A stretch of DNA of 63,620 bases, the filler included, from Choristocarpus tenellus KU-1152 (lineage: Eukaryota; Protista; Phaeophyceae): the NCBI GenBank assembly GCA_964200185.2. It is 16 parts of 16 records of this genome, joined end to end, with 100 filler letters (N's around TTAATTAATTAA, not from the genome) between each part and the next. Parts side by side here need not be neighbours in the genome. Positions count along the whole stretch, not along the records: positions 49,536 to 53,418 come from CAXNAD020017385.1; positions 53,519 to 57,419 come from CAXNAD020017242.1; positions 57,520 to 60,337 come from CAXNAD020024491.1; positions 60,438 to 63,620 come from CAXNAD020021721.1; 12 more parts are not named here. The stretch is one strand, 5' to 3'. Each line of letters opens with the position of its first letter. The stretch's first letter is position 1. This document shows positions 49,436-62,990 of the stretch, in pieces. A model generated the notes under the pieces. The model ran no database searches, was not told the DNA's origin, and saw nothing but the letters and a program-made list of their open reading frames with translations. The position numbers and the translations under genes were made by a program.

Positions 49436-49876
49436 NNNNNNNNNNNNNNNNNNNNNNNNNNNNNNNNNNNNNNNNNNNNTTAATTAATTAANNNNNNNNN
49501 NNNNNNNNNNNNNNNNNNNNNNNNNNNNNNNNNNNCCGTGAAATCAATTGAAGCGCTCAATCTACCCTCTCCCCCCTTTCGACTCCCTTCTTCCTCCCCA
49601 TCACCCCCTTGCATCTCTCCCCCTCTTCAAAGTGCATACATGGAGACAAACAAGAGCTGATTGATTACATAAACCTAAGTACACTTCCTGAATAGGTCAT
49701 TTTTCTTGTTGAACTCTGTTGAATGATACTAGCATAGTGAAGTACATGACCAAATCAGTATGCATTTGGAAATTTTGTTGGTACCACTCAGTTTCAAGAA
49801 TCTCTGTAGTGTACTGACTGGTGTAGTACAAATATACCCTGCTGTTAATTCTATACTACACTATATATACAAGCAG

Positions 49877-51141
49877 GTGAGGGGTCTTGTTCTATCCACT
49901 TATGCAGAAATCACTCCTGTTGTGGTGGTCTACCGGGCTGTTGGAGGCACTGTGGACTTCCCTACTAGTCCTGCAACAGGTAGCCCACACAATGAATCGT
50001 GTGATAGCATCAACTGCTCTGGGTCCAACTTTGTAGCCACTGCTGTGGCCCCATGGCCCCTGCGACTAGGCCCAGTTTTCCCGGGCAGGTTTGTGTCAGC
50101 CCCAGTAAAGATGAGGTCGAGTGCGGCCAAGGAAGTGGTCCTGGAGGATCTTGAGTCTGATGACAGGAGGGTGTTGGCTAGGATGACAAGGAGGAGCCTC
50201 CCTGGTGGAGGGGGAAGCAGTGAAGAGTGGGAGGTAAGTTATAAGGTAGTACTTAGGATATAGGATGTTTGGGATTGGGTGAGGGGGAAGTGGGTGTAAC
50301 ATTTGTTCTTTGGTACTAATATTATTTATAATATTATCAATAATATTGCTAGGAGAACAAGAACTGTGACCAATGTTACTGATGTTGATATTATATTATA
50401 TTATATTATATACATGTTGATAGAGTGGTGGAGATAATGAACGGGCAGGAATGGAGGATGAAGAGCTGGTGTACAGAAGGCGTTTGCAGGTCACCTAGAG
50501 ATTAACCTGATGTAGACATAGGGTGCTAAGGTCCAGAATATTGGCCTTGCTTCATTTGGTAGAACTCTCTAGAGTTTTGGGGGGGTGTTGGGAGGGAGGG
50601 GCTTTGCGGGGAGATCAACAAGGCTGATATTGATGTCATGCATGTTTCTTGGGCTAGTCTTAAGTTTTCAATAAATTTTTCAAATGTGAGACATGGTGTG
50701 TGTTTTGTGTTGGAGAAGTAGTATAACTTTGAAGTATGTATTTTTTATTTCCCTCTATCTCTTCCAAGGAGGGGCTTTCTAATCAGATCTTGTTCTTGGT
50801 TGCCCATCTTGGTCAGGTGGGTAGAGTGGAAGTTAATCCGTCCACGTGGTGTACAAATGCGTGGGAGTGTGTGGTGTCTGCTGTGGTGGCATCAGCACCG
50901 ACCCCAAAGAGAGGGGTGGAAGGTGGAAGGTGGGATGAAGTCGAGGAAGGAGATGGAAACCTCTTTTTGGCTTTACCAAGGTTAGTATGTGAAGGAGGAT
51001 AGGGAGTTGTATGGTGAGTGGTATGGCTTGTGATAACAATGGAAAGTTACAAGTTCTCTGGTGCATAGTATTTGAGTTTAGTATTTGTCATCTGAGATCA
51101 TGGATATGTGAGGGATGGACATGGTGGGAAGGGCTGACTTC

Positions 51142-51186
<45 letters not shown>

Positions 51187-53418
51187 GTTCATACTTGCCA
51201 TTGAATGTGATTCAATCTCACATACTGTGTTAATGACCTACTCCATAAAAAAACGGAGTAATGCTAGATTTTTTCTTGAAAGACATAGTTCTGTACTTGA
51301 TACTGTTGTATTGTGTGTACTCAGTACAACTGTGTGTAGTACTGTGTCAAGTGGTTTGGGTGGGGTTCTGAGATTAGCACTCTAGGGTGGTGTGAGTAGT
51401 TCCCCCAGTTGCTGGTGCTGATTGTTTTTGTGGGCGAAGATTCTTTGTTCAATAATATGGTTCCAATTTTTAAAATCGCCACTGGTGGTGTCTTATGGGC
51501 CCCAACTGACAATCAAATTATCACGGGAAGGAGATATGAAGGAGACAAAAGTTTTTTATTCTTTGACATAGGATACCATTTACTGTTCTGGATAGTACTT
51601 TGTCAATGTTCTTGTTGATCTCTATCTCGATACTGTCACATGTTCTTCTTGTCATATAGATTTAAAAAAAAAAATTGAGTTAGGGGTTGGAGAGGAGATA
51701 CCACATAGATAAAGGAATACAGAGAAACATTGGTCATGGTGCTGTATCTCCCCTTTGAAGAATGGAGAAAGTGCTTCAATGTAGACGATGTGCTGGCACC
51801 CACCAAAATGCTATTTTGAGACACCTAAAACGTACATTACCTACTCCTCCTACTCCTCCTTCTCCTCCTCATCCCACTGATCGACTGTTTCGCTCTTTGG
51901 TATCTCATCAATGTTCGGCAACCCTGCACCTGATCAGGCTCCTGGCGCAGCTGGGGGACCCCTGGGTTCCCATAACACATGTCTTTGGGGAACATTGGAG
52001 TGCGAGCTTTGAAGGGAGTGTAGAAAGCAGTGGGAGGTGGCAAATGAGTGGCAGAACACGTTTTGCAGGGGGTCTTCCACAGGTGACGGAGGAGGCCGGA
52101 AGGGCTGTTAGGGACCTGGGCAGGCGGTGGGCTGAGGTGGAGGCACTCGGGCTTAATATTTTGCACAGTCAGGTGAGCTAGAACTGGATTGGTGTTGCAT
52201 GGGCAGGTAGAGGTGTTTTTTTATCCCCAAGAGTAATGTGTATTGGAAACAATTGAGACAACCTGTGTTCTTACTTGAAGCAATGTGGGGTTCTCTGCTG
52301 CTTTTCAGAGTTTGTGCTCAAGAAATAGATCGATATTCTTTGTGGCTACCACTTTTAAGGTTCAAGTTCTTCCTGTAGATGAATTGATGTATCCAGAAAG
52401 AACGCTATGTTGGTTGCTTTTCTTGATTCGTTTATAGTAGCAGTTTGAAGAAGTTGTGCGTTACTGTATTTAATGCGTCACTGGGTTACAACCGAAATGA
52501 TCCAATCTATGAGTACATGCCAAGCCACCCTAAAAAAAAATTGAACTCCTGCTGCTGATCCTTGATGCTCCTCGTTTATGCTGTTTTTCTGTGTTGTAGG
52601 TGACTGCACACACAAGTGTAGGGCCCACAGCCCAGTCCCTTCCATTGAGTGTAGCACTGGCTGTGCCCCACTTGGTTGTAGGATTCACCTCTGATCCTAC
52701 GTTTGTATCATTTGAAGATGAGGGGGGGGAACAGTCTGGGGGAGGGGGAGGGGGGGGGGCATCACAAGCATCCTTGTGGGGGATGATGGGCTGGGACGAA
52801 AAAGTCACACCTGGAGGAGAGGGGGGGGATGGATGGGTTGGGGGTGGAGGCAAGGATGAGGTTGGAGATGGGAGTTCATTGGTTGTTCAGTTCCCACTGA
52901 CCCATGTGGGGGACTTCAGAGAGATATTTTTGGAGGTTTCGAACCCTGCGGATGTGCCAGTGCTTGTGCATCTGGCAACGGCTGAGGGGGGAGACCACCA
53001 TGTCTCAGTGACACCACTGCCAGCTAGCTCTCAGCATGGTTCTGGTGACTGTAGTGTTGATAGTGGGGTTATTGGAAGGGAAGGATGGAACAGGTGGGCA
53101 TGTAACAGTGGTACTTACACTGGCGGAGGAGTTGACCATGGCATGGCAATGGGCACTGATAGTGGTACGAATGTCCGTAGTAGAGGCAGTGGTGCTGGGG
53201 CAGTGGGGGGAGTTGCTGAAGTGTGGGGGGTTGAGGCTGATGAAGAGGGACCTGTTTTCTATCTCTCTGAAGGGGGCATAGGCCCTGTGCTCCTTGCCCC
53301 GAAGGGCAGGGTGGTTTTGGGACCATTGTGCTTTCTCCCTGACCGACCTGGTACATTTTACGGCCATGTTTACTTGCGCAACAACCTCACACAGCTTGAG
53401 TCTGTGTCTCTGAAGGGG
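49877..53418 (+). CDS. TMEM131-like protein, internal exons 49877-50233, 50817-50980, 51938-52172, 52600-53418 (both ends cut)
   Basis: VQFPLTHVGDFREIFLEVSNPADVPVLVHL ... LGPLCFLPDRPGTFYGHVYLRNNLTQLESVSLKG matches the TMEM131 family FPLT.VG / NP.D.PV / RNNLT..E.V.L.G signature. Splice phases 0, 2, 0 are consistent. Confidence 0.85.
51146..51184. repeat. (TC)n microsatellite, intronic
   Basis: Seen directly. Confidence 0.95.
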
Positions 53419-55929
53419 NNNNNNNNNNNNNNNNNNNNNNNNNNNNNNNNNNNNNNNNNNNNTTAATTAATTAANNNNNNNNNNNNNNNNNNNNNNNNNN
53501 NNNNNNNNNNNNNNNNNNGGGATGGGGGGGGGGGGGGGGGGGGGGATGGAGGTTTTTTCCTATCTTGTCCACTCTTTTTAATTTCACTCCCTTGGTGACA
53601 CACCTTCATGCCATCTGAACTACTCTTGTTCATCTAGGATGCCTGGGGTTTCAAGGAACAGCGTCGCCATGCACTTACCCACCTGTCCTTTGTTTCATTC
53701 GCGGCTGATCGGATTTTACGCCTTGGGGTCGTTGGAAAACCTCGCAAGGCGACTTCACAAAGCCCAGAGGTAGAGGTAGAAGAGGGTGAAAGGGAATCTC
53801 AAGTGTTTAAGACGGGCACAAACACAGAGAATAGGGGGAGGGGCAAGGCTGGAGTGAAGACCGGAAAAATAGTTCAGTCAAGGACTGGATCGGGGGAACA
53901 GAAAGGGCAACTGCAACTGCTGTGGGGAGGAGCACAGAGATTGACGTTTCCTTTGGGAGATGGGTTTGAACTTGTCTCGCAAGAGGAACGTGTTCAACAG
54001 GGACTGGGTGTTGCCACGGGTTTAGTTGAGTATAGGGCTCAGGATTATGGCAGTGGAAGTGAAGGAAACTTGTTAAGTGGTGTGTGTGAAGTAGGTGAGG
54101 ATACAGTGAGTGGAGCACTGTGGGCTGTTCGACGTATCAATCGCTTTTCATCGAGTTTATTGAGCGAGGCCTTTGGGGCTGACGTAGTAGGATTAGGTGA
54201 GGGTGTTGGTGATGGTTATGTTGGTGGAATCCATGTAGGGGGCGAGGATAACCTGGAGGTTTTCCATGGTGGAGACAGTGCTAGGTTCTATAGTGGTCAG
54301 TGTTGTCCAGACAGAATGAACGACAACATGGCTGTGCTTCATTTGCCCTATATATTGAGGGGGGAGGTTGTGTAGCGCTACTCTTTGTGTTGCCTGCAGC
54401 AAATGAGTAGAGTTATTTGTCATTTGTCATTTTCACCTCTGCTGTGTGGATTGTGAGAACCTCGTGAAGAGAGACTGGAGTTTTTACCAATTTACCCGTT
54501 TTCTTTTCATGCAGCCCACCTATTGGGGATTTGGAGAACAGGTGAAGGGCGGACTTGTATTGATTTCTTCGTTTGGCACTTCTTTTGCAACCAGTTTATC
54601 TTTGGGAGTAATGGTGAATATCCTCCATTTTTGTGGTATGATAGTGTACTTTTTTTCCTAATGGGTTTGTACTTCCGGCCAACTGCATTAGAGAATCATT
54701 TTGTCAAGGTTTTTGTCTATTCCTCCAAATGCCTTGCCTTTATATATCTTCATATGGTTGTGAGCACAGCGGGAATAGTCTAATTCCATCAGCACTTGTG
54801 TTGCCAAGCTGCCTGATTTATTTGGATAAATTGATGCAGATAGGTTTGGTAGACTCATGTTGGACATCTTGAAGGAATGCAGCATGGGTCCATCATCAGT
54901 CTGCCAGTCGGTCAATAGTCAATGTTGGGCAGTCCATGCTTGCAGAGGACCTCACCCCTCCTCCTCTTCCATGTTCTGCTGAATTGACACAAGACCTGCA
55001 GCACCATATCTCAGTCAAAGCAAAGCCAACAGTTCGGGTCAGATGAGTCCCTTGATTTGTGACCAGTAAGGAAAGTGTATATTGGTAATTGTGCAAGCCC
55101 AAGAATATCACTCAGGTTTTGTATTGCTGAAAATATACACCTGTCCAACTTTGCGAGTTGTGTACTGAGTAGTGCAGTACCTTCAGTGTACTTTGTGAGT
55201 ACAAAATTTCCTTCTGCACTCACTCGTTCTTGAAGAGATGCATTACTTTGCTTCTACCAGCTTTAGAAATCAGGTGGGTCTAGGGATGGTTTTCCCCACC
55301 AAAAAAGGTTTGAAAGGAGACAGGACTACTGCATTCGGGCAGTTTAAGCATAAGTGAGAGGATGAAGGGGTTGACGTGCTGAGAATTGAAAGAGATTTGT
55401 GTGGAGGCCAGCATGGCTGCTGCCAAAGTTATATCCAACATTCAGACTACTTGTAATACCAACTGTATCTCAAGATGGAGACATGATGACGGCTTGTCGA
55501 TGCAAGGCATGGGGGACACCTCATGGGCGAGGATTCTGTCCGGGATTCTCGAGTATGTATGGGTGCATTTAACTATTGTCAAGCTGTAGGCAATCATAAC
55601 CACTTGCTGCTTCTGTACTTTGCACAGTAGGCCTACCACCTGCCGTAGGGAGGATAACCAAAAATGACAGACTTGACACAAAACGTAAAAACACCACAAA
55701 TACCGTTGTGTATGTATTGGACTTTTTGCTGCTAAATTTGCATATTGTGTGGTAGTATATGCTCCAGTACGTAACTATTTTTTTGAAGCAGGCAGTAATG
55801 TGCATTGAAATATTCGCACATTTTCTTTCATTGTGTTCAGAATAACCATTTCAAACCTGTCGATGCAGTCAATAATATTCAACATTCAATCACTGTTTAA
55901 ATTATGTAGTTTCTATTAATATTTATGTA

Positions 55930-57278
55930 CTCCCTCTCTCTGTCCCACAAAAGTCTGTGTCGTTGAGTTGTAGCTCTTCGAGATGACCTCCAATTACAAA
56001 CGGACTTTTGCGTTGGATTCCTTGGAATGTTTTACAACAAAAAACTAATTTCAAAGAATTCTACGAAGAAAGCTGTTCTAAAAAGGTTCTGGGAAAATGG
56101 AACACAGAATGGGGCATATTCTTACCATATTTGAATGTTCCTGCTGCAGCATGGAGCCATACAACACTCTCACAACCCCCATGGCGAGGCCCCACAGTCC
56201 ATCGCCCCCGGTACAAAGACCACTGTTTTGGGGAAAGAACTGCAAGCTGACTGAGGAAGGTCGGACTACATTTGCTGTGCGTTTTGTAGTGACTCTTCCT
56301 CTGGGTGATGAGAGGTCTAAATTGGTGAAAACGTTTGGAGTGAGAGAGAGACACCCTAGACAGGTGTGGGCGCGCATCAAAGAACAGTGAGACGGGGTTA
56401 ATACCGTCTCCTTCAAATCACATGCGCAATCTGCATGGCTGTCGGACTTTATACCAACAAAACAAGTGAAGATCGAGGAAATCAACCCTAGTCACACGCT
56501 GACTATCAACTAACGTTCCACCAAGGTTGCCGAAGCGGGCCTTGCAGTCGGCAGCTCAAAGCTTCATCGCTGGCTCGAAACCCATGGGGGCAACGAGGGT
56601 TCAGCAGCGCATCACCCCTTGGCTTTCATTTTCTCACAAGAACAACAGGGTGGACTTCATCCTCGACCAGATCTCCCTCAACTGCAAAACCTACAGGACT
56701 GGCCTCAACACCATTCACATCAACAAGGCGTGGTTCTACCTCATCCATGAATGAGAGATGGTGCGCATGTTCCTGAGGAAGGAAAAGGTGGGCTCAACGA
56801 AGGTTCAGCACAAGAGTCACATTACTAAAGTGATGTTCGTCTCCTCCGTCGTTTCGCACCTGGATCCTTCCCATGATTTCAACAGCATGATCGGAATCTG
56901 GCAGGTTTGCGTCACGAAGGAGGCGCAACAGACTACAGCACGGCACACATAGGGTGAGGAGTACAAGGTCGACATCACCGTCAACACCAAATGATACCTG
57001 GAGCAGCAGCTGTTACCAGCGATAAAGGAAAAAATGTCGTGGCTGGAATTGGGGGGGGGGGGGCAGACAACAGGACAGTGCGACCCCTCATACAGGCGAC
57101 GGTGTGGTGCAGAAGTTGAATCAGCAGGGATGGAGGAAGGATGGAGGAGAGAAGGAACATCAAGCTCGTGACACAGCCAGTGAAGTCGTCAGATCTCAAC
57201 ATCAATGATTTGGGGGGGGTTGTATCTCTGAAGAGCAGGGTTTGGGCGGAGCGTTATGGCACCATCAATAAACTTGTG
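55930..57278 (+). mobile_element. Degenerate Tc1/mariner (DD39D, plant/Stowaway-type) transposon
   Basis: Left end TA|CTCCCTCTCTCTGTCCC resembles the Stowaway/DD39D TIR CTCCCTCCGTCCC. Transposase remnants: IHINKAWFYL (VHIDEKWF), KSHITKVMF, FNSMIGIW, QQDSATPH and QPVKSSDLNINDLG (QPPNSPDLN.LDLG). Contains stops and frameshifts. Confidence 0.88.
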
Positions 57279-57400
57279 GCTCAAAGTATCTGGGGGGGGG
57301 GTGGTAGTTGTCCATTTGGGGTTCATTTTTTCATGTCGCGATTTTTGTGTGATTTGGTTGTATAAGTCGGGTGGATAATGTAAGTAACAGGGATTTCTCA
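57279..57400. mobile_element. MITE family A inserted in the mariner transposase, truncated
   Basis: GGCTCAAAGTATCT, G-run, TGTCCATTTGGGG...CATGTCGCGATTTTT. Confidence 0.85.
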
Positions 57401-57519
57401 AAATTGAGGATGGAGCGGGNNNNNNNNNNNNNNNNNNNNNNNNNNNNNNNNNNNNNNNNNNNNTTAATTAATTAANNNNNNNNNNNNNNNNNNNNNNNNN
57501 NNNNNNNNNNNNNNNNNNN

Positions 57520-57545
57520 CCCCCCCCCCCTAGATACTTTGGGTC
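57520..57545. mobile_element. MITE family A end at contig start
   Basis: C-run followed by TAGATACTTTGGGTC. Confidence 0.7.
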
Positions 57546-58285
57546 AGAGGGACTGGATGCTATTGTAGAAAAAGGGGTTGCCAAGTCCCATTTGAGACAG
57601 TTTCTGTTACTGCACAACAAGTGGTTCTCTCAAGTCGCGTCATATGTTTCAATCTAGAGGCATCAGGCAGGTGGGCAAGAAGGGGTCTGTCGTATTCTTG
57701 GGATGTTTCCCTAGCTTCACGCCCACCTTCGTATGGCTAAGGTAAGTTAGAAGCATATATCATTGGACATCTTTGCATAGCCTCTTTCAAAGGTAATTAT
57801 CTCTTAGAAAGGTGCCTTGGCATCAATAGCAATTATTATTTTTACAGTAGTCCTAGTGACATAGGTTTGCTTGTTCCCTCAACCATATATCTCCAAATTA
57901 TTAAAAGGGCACAAATATAATATACACTCTTCCATCGAAGAACGAAAGGTGTTTGAATAGACTCCTCTAACTGTATCGGATATCAGTAGCAGTATATATG
58001 TAAATTCAGAATACAAGAGTTTTTAGCTGGTTAACCCATATTTGTTCTTGTATATGAATGGATAGATAGGAATCGACTCCATTATTTCCATGGTGTTTGA
58101 GGTTTTATAGTCACCCCCTTTGGTTGGGAATAATCTCTCTACAACATTTGATAACATTCCTGTATTTATCGCTTCTGTCCATACATCAGCCGGGAAATAC
58201 TCCAACAGATTATATTGAACCCTAGGTTTCTACCCATGCTTACCATGTCTTTCCTAGGAGAAGAGACACCAGTCCATGGTAGGGG

Positions 58286-58702
58286 ATGAGTGAGGGCGCC
58301 CTTGCTGAAGATTGTAATCAACAACTCTCCCCTACTATGGAGGACCTATTAAAGGTGATACTTGAACTGAAGCAAGACCAGGACCATCTTTTGCAGATTA
58401 ATGTCGATAGAGTTGGCCATAGGGATCATCCCGCTGTCCAAGCCACTGTGCCCGGAACATGGATGCCAGCTGGCTTTGCACCCGAAGTCGGACCTGCTGA
58501 ACCCATTGTGGGCGAAGGTTTCCAAAATGGTGTCAGTCCGGACGGATACAGTGTCAGGAGTGATATGAGCCAGAGATCAGGTTCTTCGGCAATCTCAGGG
58601 TCTGGAATTGATCTTGCTCCCTACAGTAGAAGGCAGCGATCAAAGGCCCAACCACCCAAATTGTTGGACAACTTCAACTACTATGATTGGAGAAGACGTT
58701 TC
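58286..58702 (+). pseudogene. Retrotransposon gag-like N-terminus (Copia-type), interrupted by LTR-B
   Basis: Short coiled coil (MEDLLKVILELKQDQDHL), then PPKLLDNFNYYDWRRRF, which resembles the Copia gag P.L...NY..W...F motif. Confidence 0.5.
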
Positions 58703-59108
58703 TGTTACAGGTGGATGGCGCAAGTATTTCTTCTCGCGCTCTAACCAGTGCAAGCAGTAAACGCACACGTTGAACCCCAAAGAAAGGGAACTCTGATTTG
58801 TTAAAGTTGCAGCGTGTATGATCTGCTACTTACAGAATAAAATGGTTTTCAGATCATTATGGCGTCTGTAAACTCAAAATAGATAACAAATTGGTGACTT
58901 CTAACAGACACTTTCTTTAATCTATGTCATAAAATTTACATTGAATGAAAGTATACCTTCATCTGCTGACCTGGTATTCACCATCCTTGTTGGACCTTTT
59001 GACTGTCAGAGCATCTCAGGAGTCCTGTATAGGCATTAGCGCCATCTATAGGCCTGTGGATTGGAGATATACATCCCGTGGAGGTAAGCTTTGGATCATG
59101 TTGTAACA
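58703..59108 (+). mobile_element. LTR family B, complete isolated copy (406 bp, TGTTACA...TGTAACA)
   Basis: 7-bp inverted termini and colinearity with 42890-43344. No TSD visible. Confidence 0.8.
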
Positions 59109-60762
59109 TGATGAAGGCCCTACCTTGTCTCTTCAAACTGGAGAGAATATTCAGTATTAACCTCATCAAATAGGATTCTTGGTAGCTCTCTACTATGGCC
59201 TGGATTTTCTCCTGCATGGTTTTGTCGTCTCCTTGCATGGTCTTGGAGCGCTTTCACCATCTACTCCTTCTATCCCTTGTACCCCTTCTAACTTGGAGGA
59301 AAGGACTGACATGATGACATCTGTGGCTCCAAGGGAGGCACCATGCACCTCTGATCGTAAATGAGTGGTCTCTGACCGCTATGGTATAGACGTTGCTTAG
59401 GTAGCTATTTCTTGCCATTCATACACTCACATTCCCAATTCTTGTGTCGTGTTGTTCTTTTATCACCCCAGGTTCGCAGACATGTCTGACTCACAGAGTT
59501 CGTGGGGAATCAAAGGCATGCCTGACACACAAATTCTGCCGGAAATCAATGATCCGGAATGGTTCCAGCCCAGCGCTGCATCTCACGAAATTTCCCGCAG
59601 AGTAGTCATGTCAGCTCAACTGAATGCAGAGGCAGGTCAAGAGAGTGCGTCCACTTCCGGTCCTCCACCAGTGGCAGATCCCACTCCAGGTCGAGATCCC
59701 GAGACAAGCACTCCAAACGAGACTCACGGAGAAACAGAGACTAGCACAGAGGCTGAATCCATTCATTTGGACATCGCAGTCGAACCAGAGATTCCTCACC
59801 ACACAGGTCTGTCCCACCAAGGACCACCAGAGGGAAAGCATGATTTCGGTACGTCATCACGGAGAGGTAGAAGTGCAAACTAAGAATTGAAATCAATGAG
59901 TTACATGAACAAGGAGAATTGAATAAGTCTAGATTTGGCAGAAAAGAGAGAGAAACAACCATCTGCAACCTAGACATGCGCTACCACCAGGATTGCATCA
60001 AAACCATAGAATGCATTCACAAAAAGCTTGGAGATCCAGCCAAAGGCCAAGTTTTTCAAGAGGTATCAGCGGATAACTCGGCCCCCACCACTACTAATAT
60101 CTCTCTTTTTTTTGCTGACACTCTCACTAAGGCTCTTGGGAGAGTTAAAGAAGGAACGTGGGCCTTACGCAAGGATCGGTCCAGGAACCATCATGCATCA
60201 CACCCACGAAGTGATAACCTAACGCATTTCCGCATTGAGCTCCTCGAACATCTTGTCTGACTTGTGCAAATTACCTTGGGAGGTAATGCTATTTGTTAGT
60301 AGTGAAGATAAGAAGGTGTGAAGCCTCACACGACCCCNNNNNNNNNNNNNNNNNNNNNNNNNNNNNNNNNNNNNNNNNNNNTTAATTAATTAANNNNNNN
60401 NNNNNNNNNNNNNNNNNNNNNNNNNNNNNNNNNNNNNCTCTTGGCCAATGGGGGAGGTGCTGAGATGTTGTGTGACAAATGGGGGGGGGGGGGGCGTTGT
60501 ACCCGCAAGCGGGCGCAGGCAGCCTAGCCACCAAAAATCGGGACCAAAAAAGGATCTTTTTTCGGTTCCACTTGGAATATATTCAGAACCATTTCGAAAC
60601 AAAAAGTGAAGACCAAACATCCCCCCCTCCTACTAAATGTATCCAGGCCTTCAATTTGAGCCCTACATGACTGGGAAAGAAAAGTCTTCATATTCGTGAA
60701 GAATCATCCAAAACCCTAAGTGAAATAGTGAAATTCATAACATTGCAGACTTTTGAGACGGG

Positions 60763-60767
60763 TAGTA

Positions 60768-60818
<51 letters not shown>

Positions 60819-60869
60819 GGGTAGTAGTAATAGTAGTAGTAATAGTAGTAGTAGTAGTACTACTACTAC
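60763..60869. repeat. (TAG)n microsatellite ending in an inverted (TAC)n run
   Basis: Seen directly. Confidence 0.95.
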
Positions 60870-62990
60870 CATGAAATCCCCAACATGAGTCTTATGCTGC
60901 AAAGCAAAAGGGGGAGGAGGATCGTCAAGAATATTTCAATATCCAATCCAGAAGTAGATTTCAAAATGGTTATTTTCACTTCATGGGAGTTGAGCGGGTT
61001 GATGCCAGTTTTGAATTCGTTTGGAGACTATTCTAAGATGCAGTGCACTCACTCTTCTTGTACCATTGTAGATCATTCAGATTACCGGTGCATTGTAATC
61101 ACCCTTGACAATGCCAATGCATCTAGTCTTCAAAACAGGACAAGTCATCACCTTGCCTCCCTTATCTGAGAAAGTTGAAACACTGGCAAGAAAGTAACTA
61201 GTTCAGCTTGTAGAGAATGGTTTTCCAGTGAATGCACCAACTGAAGAACCAGCCTAGAGGCTCCTAAAAACGCGCAGAGATATGCAAAGGTAGTACAGTT
61301 CACTGGTGGTGAGGTGATTGCCCAATAACAGGTGATCTTCCTCATTAAGTCCACAGCCCTTTTCTACATCAAACACCAATAGATCTAGTCCATCTACTCA
61401 ATGCTCAAGTCAGGATGCCAATCAATATACAAGACACTTTTATTCCTCTGTCTCAATCAACGCCAGGGATTATAGCTAAATGACATCATCTGCTGTGATA
61501 CATGTCTGTCTGTCATCCAATCATACAAAACCAATCATAGATCAACGCTATCATACTGAGCGAAGTATTAAGGCAGTGCCATCCCAAACCACAGTGTTCA
61601 TCCATTTTCGACACAACAGCAAAATTTTAACAGAAAAAAAAAAAAATCCTGCACACAATCAAAAAACACAAATCACATCATCGCCACGTATCCCTATGAC
61701 CAAGGTTCCTCCGTGCACATAATGTAATCAAACCCAAAAACTCAAAAACCCCACCTCACAAAAAAGCAAAAAAAAGTTTGTCACCCCAATCGTTCCCCAA
61801 CACTCCAGTTTACCCTGAGCAAGTCACACACCCTGTCTGTAGCAGTAGATGCATAACGCCTGTCAAACTATAGCAAAATATATACCAACCAAACCGTCAA
61901 TCATCACATCAGTACACAAAGAAGCACTTTACACACTCATCACACACAACAAGGGCCTTGTCCTTGGCCATAATGGAGAACTGATTCTACATATCCACTC
62001 CAATTTCTCCTATATTACAGTCAGGTGTAATTCTGCCAGAAGCGGGACGAAGCTACTATCATCCCTGCTATCCATCACAATCATAACTGTGTGACTCTTC
62101 CAACCTTCATACAAGCATCTTCCTTCCATGGGCCCTTCCTCTTATTGCACGATCCAAAATCCGTCTTTTGCCTGTTTCTCCTTAGTCCCACCCAACCCCA
62201 TACGCACATCCCACATCCCTGCCAACAGCCCTTCCTCCACCACCACCTGCAGGACCTCCTTTCACCCACCGGCCTCCCTGGCTACCTCCTCCTCTCCCCC
62301 TACCCCCTCTCCCAGAAGTCCCTCTCCCCGCTCCTCCCAAGCCTGTGTTGGACCTAATCCCAACCCTGGTCTGAGACTCCGTACAGATGGACTTCCTTAC
62401 CGGCTGCAAGTGCCCATCCTATGCAGAAAAAAAATGAGGGTTAGGGTCGAGTTATGAGCAACACCCAGAAGAACAAGAAAAAAAAATGGTTAAGAGAGAC
62501 ACAAAGAGCAACATGCCCAGACAGTACACCAATCAAATAGCCTGGATCTCCCATTATAATATAGTCAGCAATAAGGAGGGCACAATTTATTACTAAAACA
62601 AAATATGAGAATCTCCACATACTGCTTGTCGGATCAGGCAACAGGACACCATTACAAAACCTTCTAGCTTCGAGAGAGGGCAAGAGTTGGACAGGGCAAA
62701 GCAAACCCAAGAATGGAGTAGCAAGAGACAAAAAAAGTTATGTGTGGTAGAGTTGTGTGTGGTAGAGTTGCTTCACGGAGGACAACCCGTTGCAAGTGGC
62801 AGAAGCAGAAGCAGCAACGGTTCGTGAAACCACTCTGTTGGGGAGGAAAAGGGGTATCCCAAAAGAAATTCCGCTTCATATCGATGCTTTTCAAGTGTCT
62901 CTTTGCCCAGTTCCATCTTCAGTGTTTCAGGGATCTTCCTTCCTTTCTGTCTGTCTGTCTGTCTGTCTTCTAAGTTAAGTTGGACGCCCT

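Noticed and set aside
53803-54375. 190-aa ORF ending in TTGAGGGGGGAG as a Copia pol end/PPT
   Set aside because: No Copia RNase H motifs upstream and no recognisable LTR downstream.
53519-57419. Fanzor/TnpB associated with the mariner
   Set aside because: No RuvC or CxxC zinc-ribbon motifs found, and the element's right part is missing from the contig.
62182-62409. RGG-rich ORF as an RNA-binding protein exon
   Set aside because: G-rich low-complexity sequence yields such ORFs by chance, and I could not link it to other exons.
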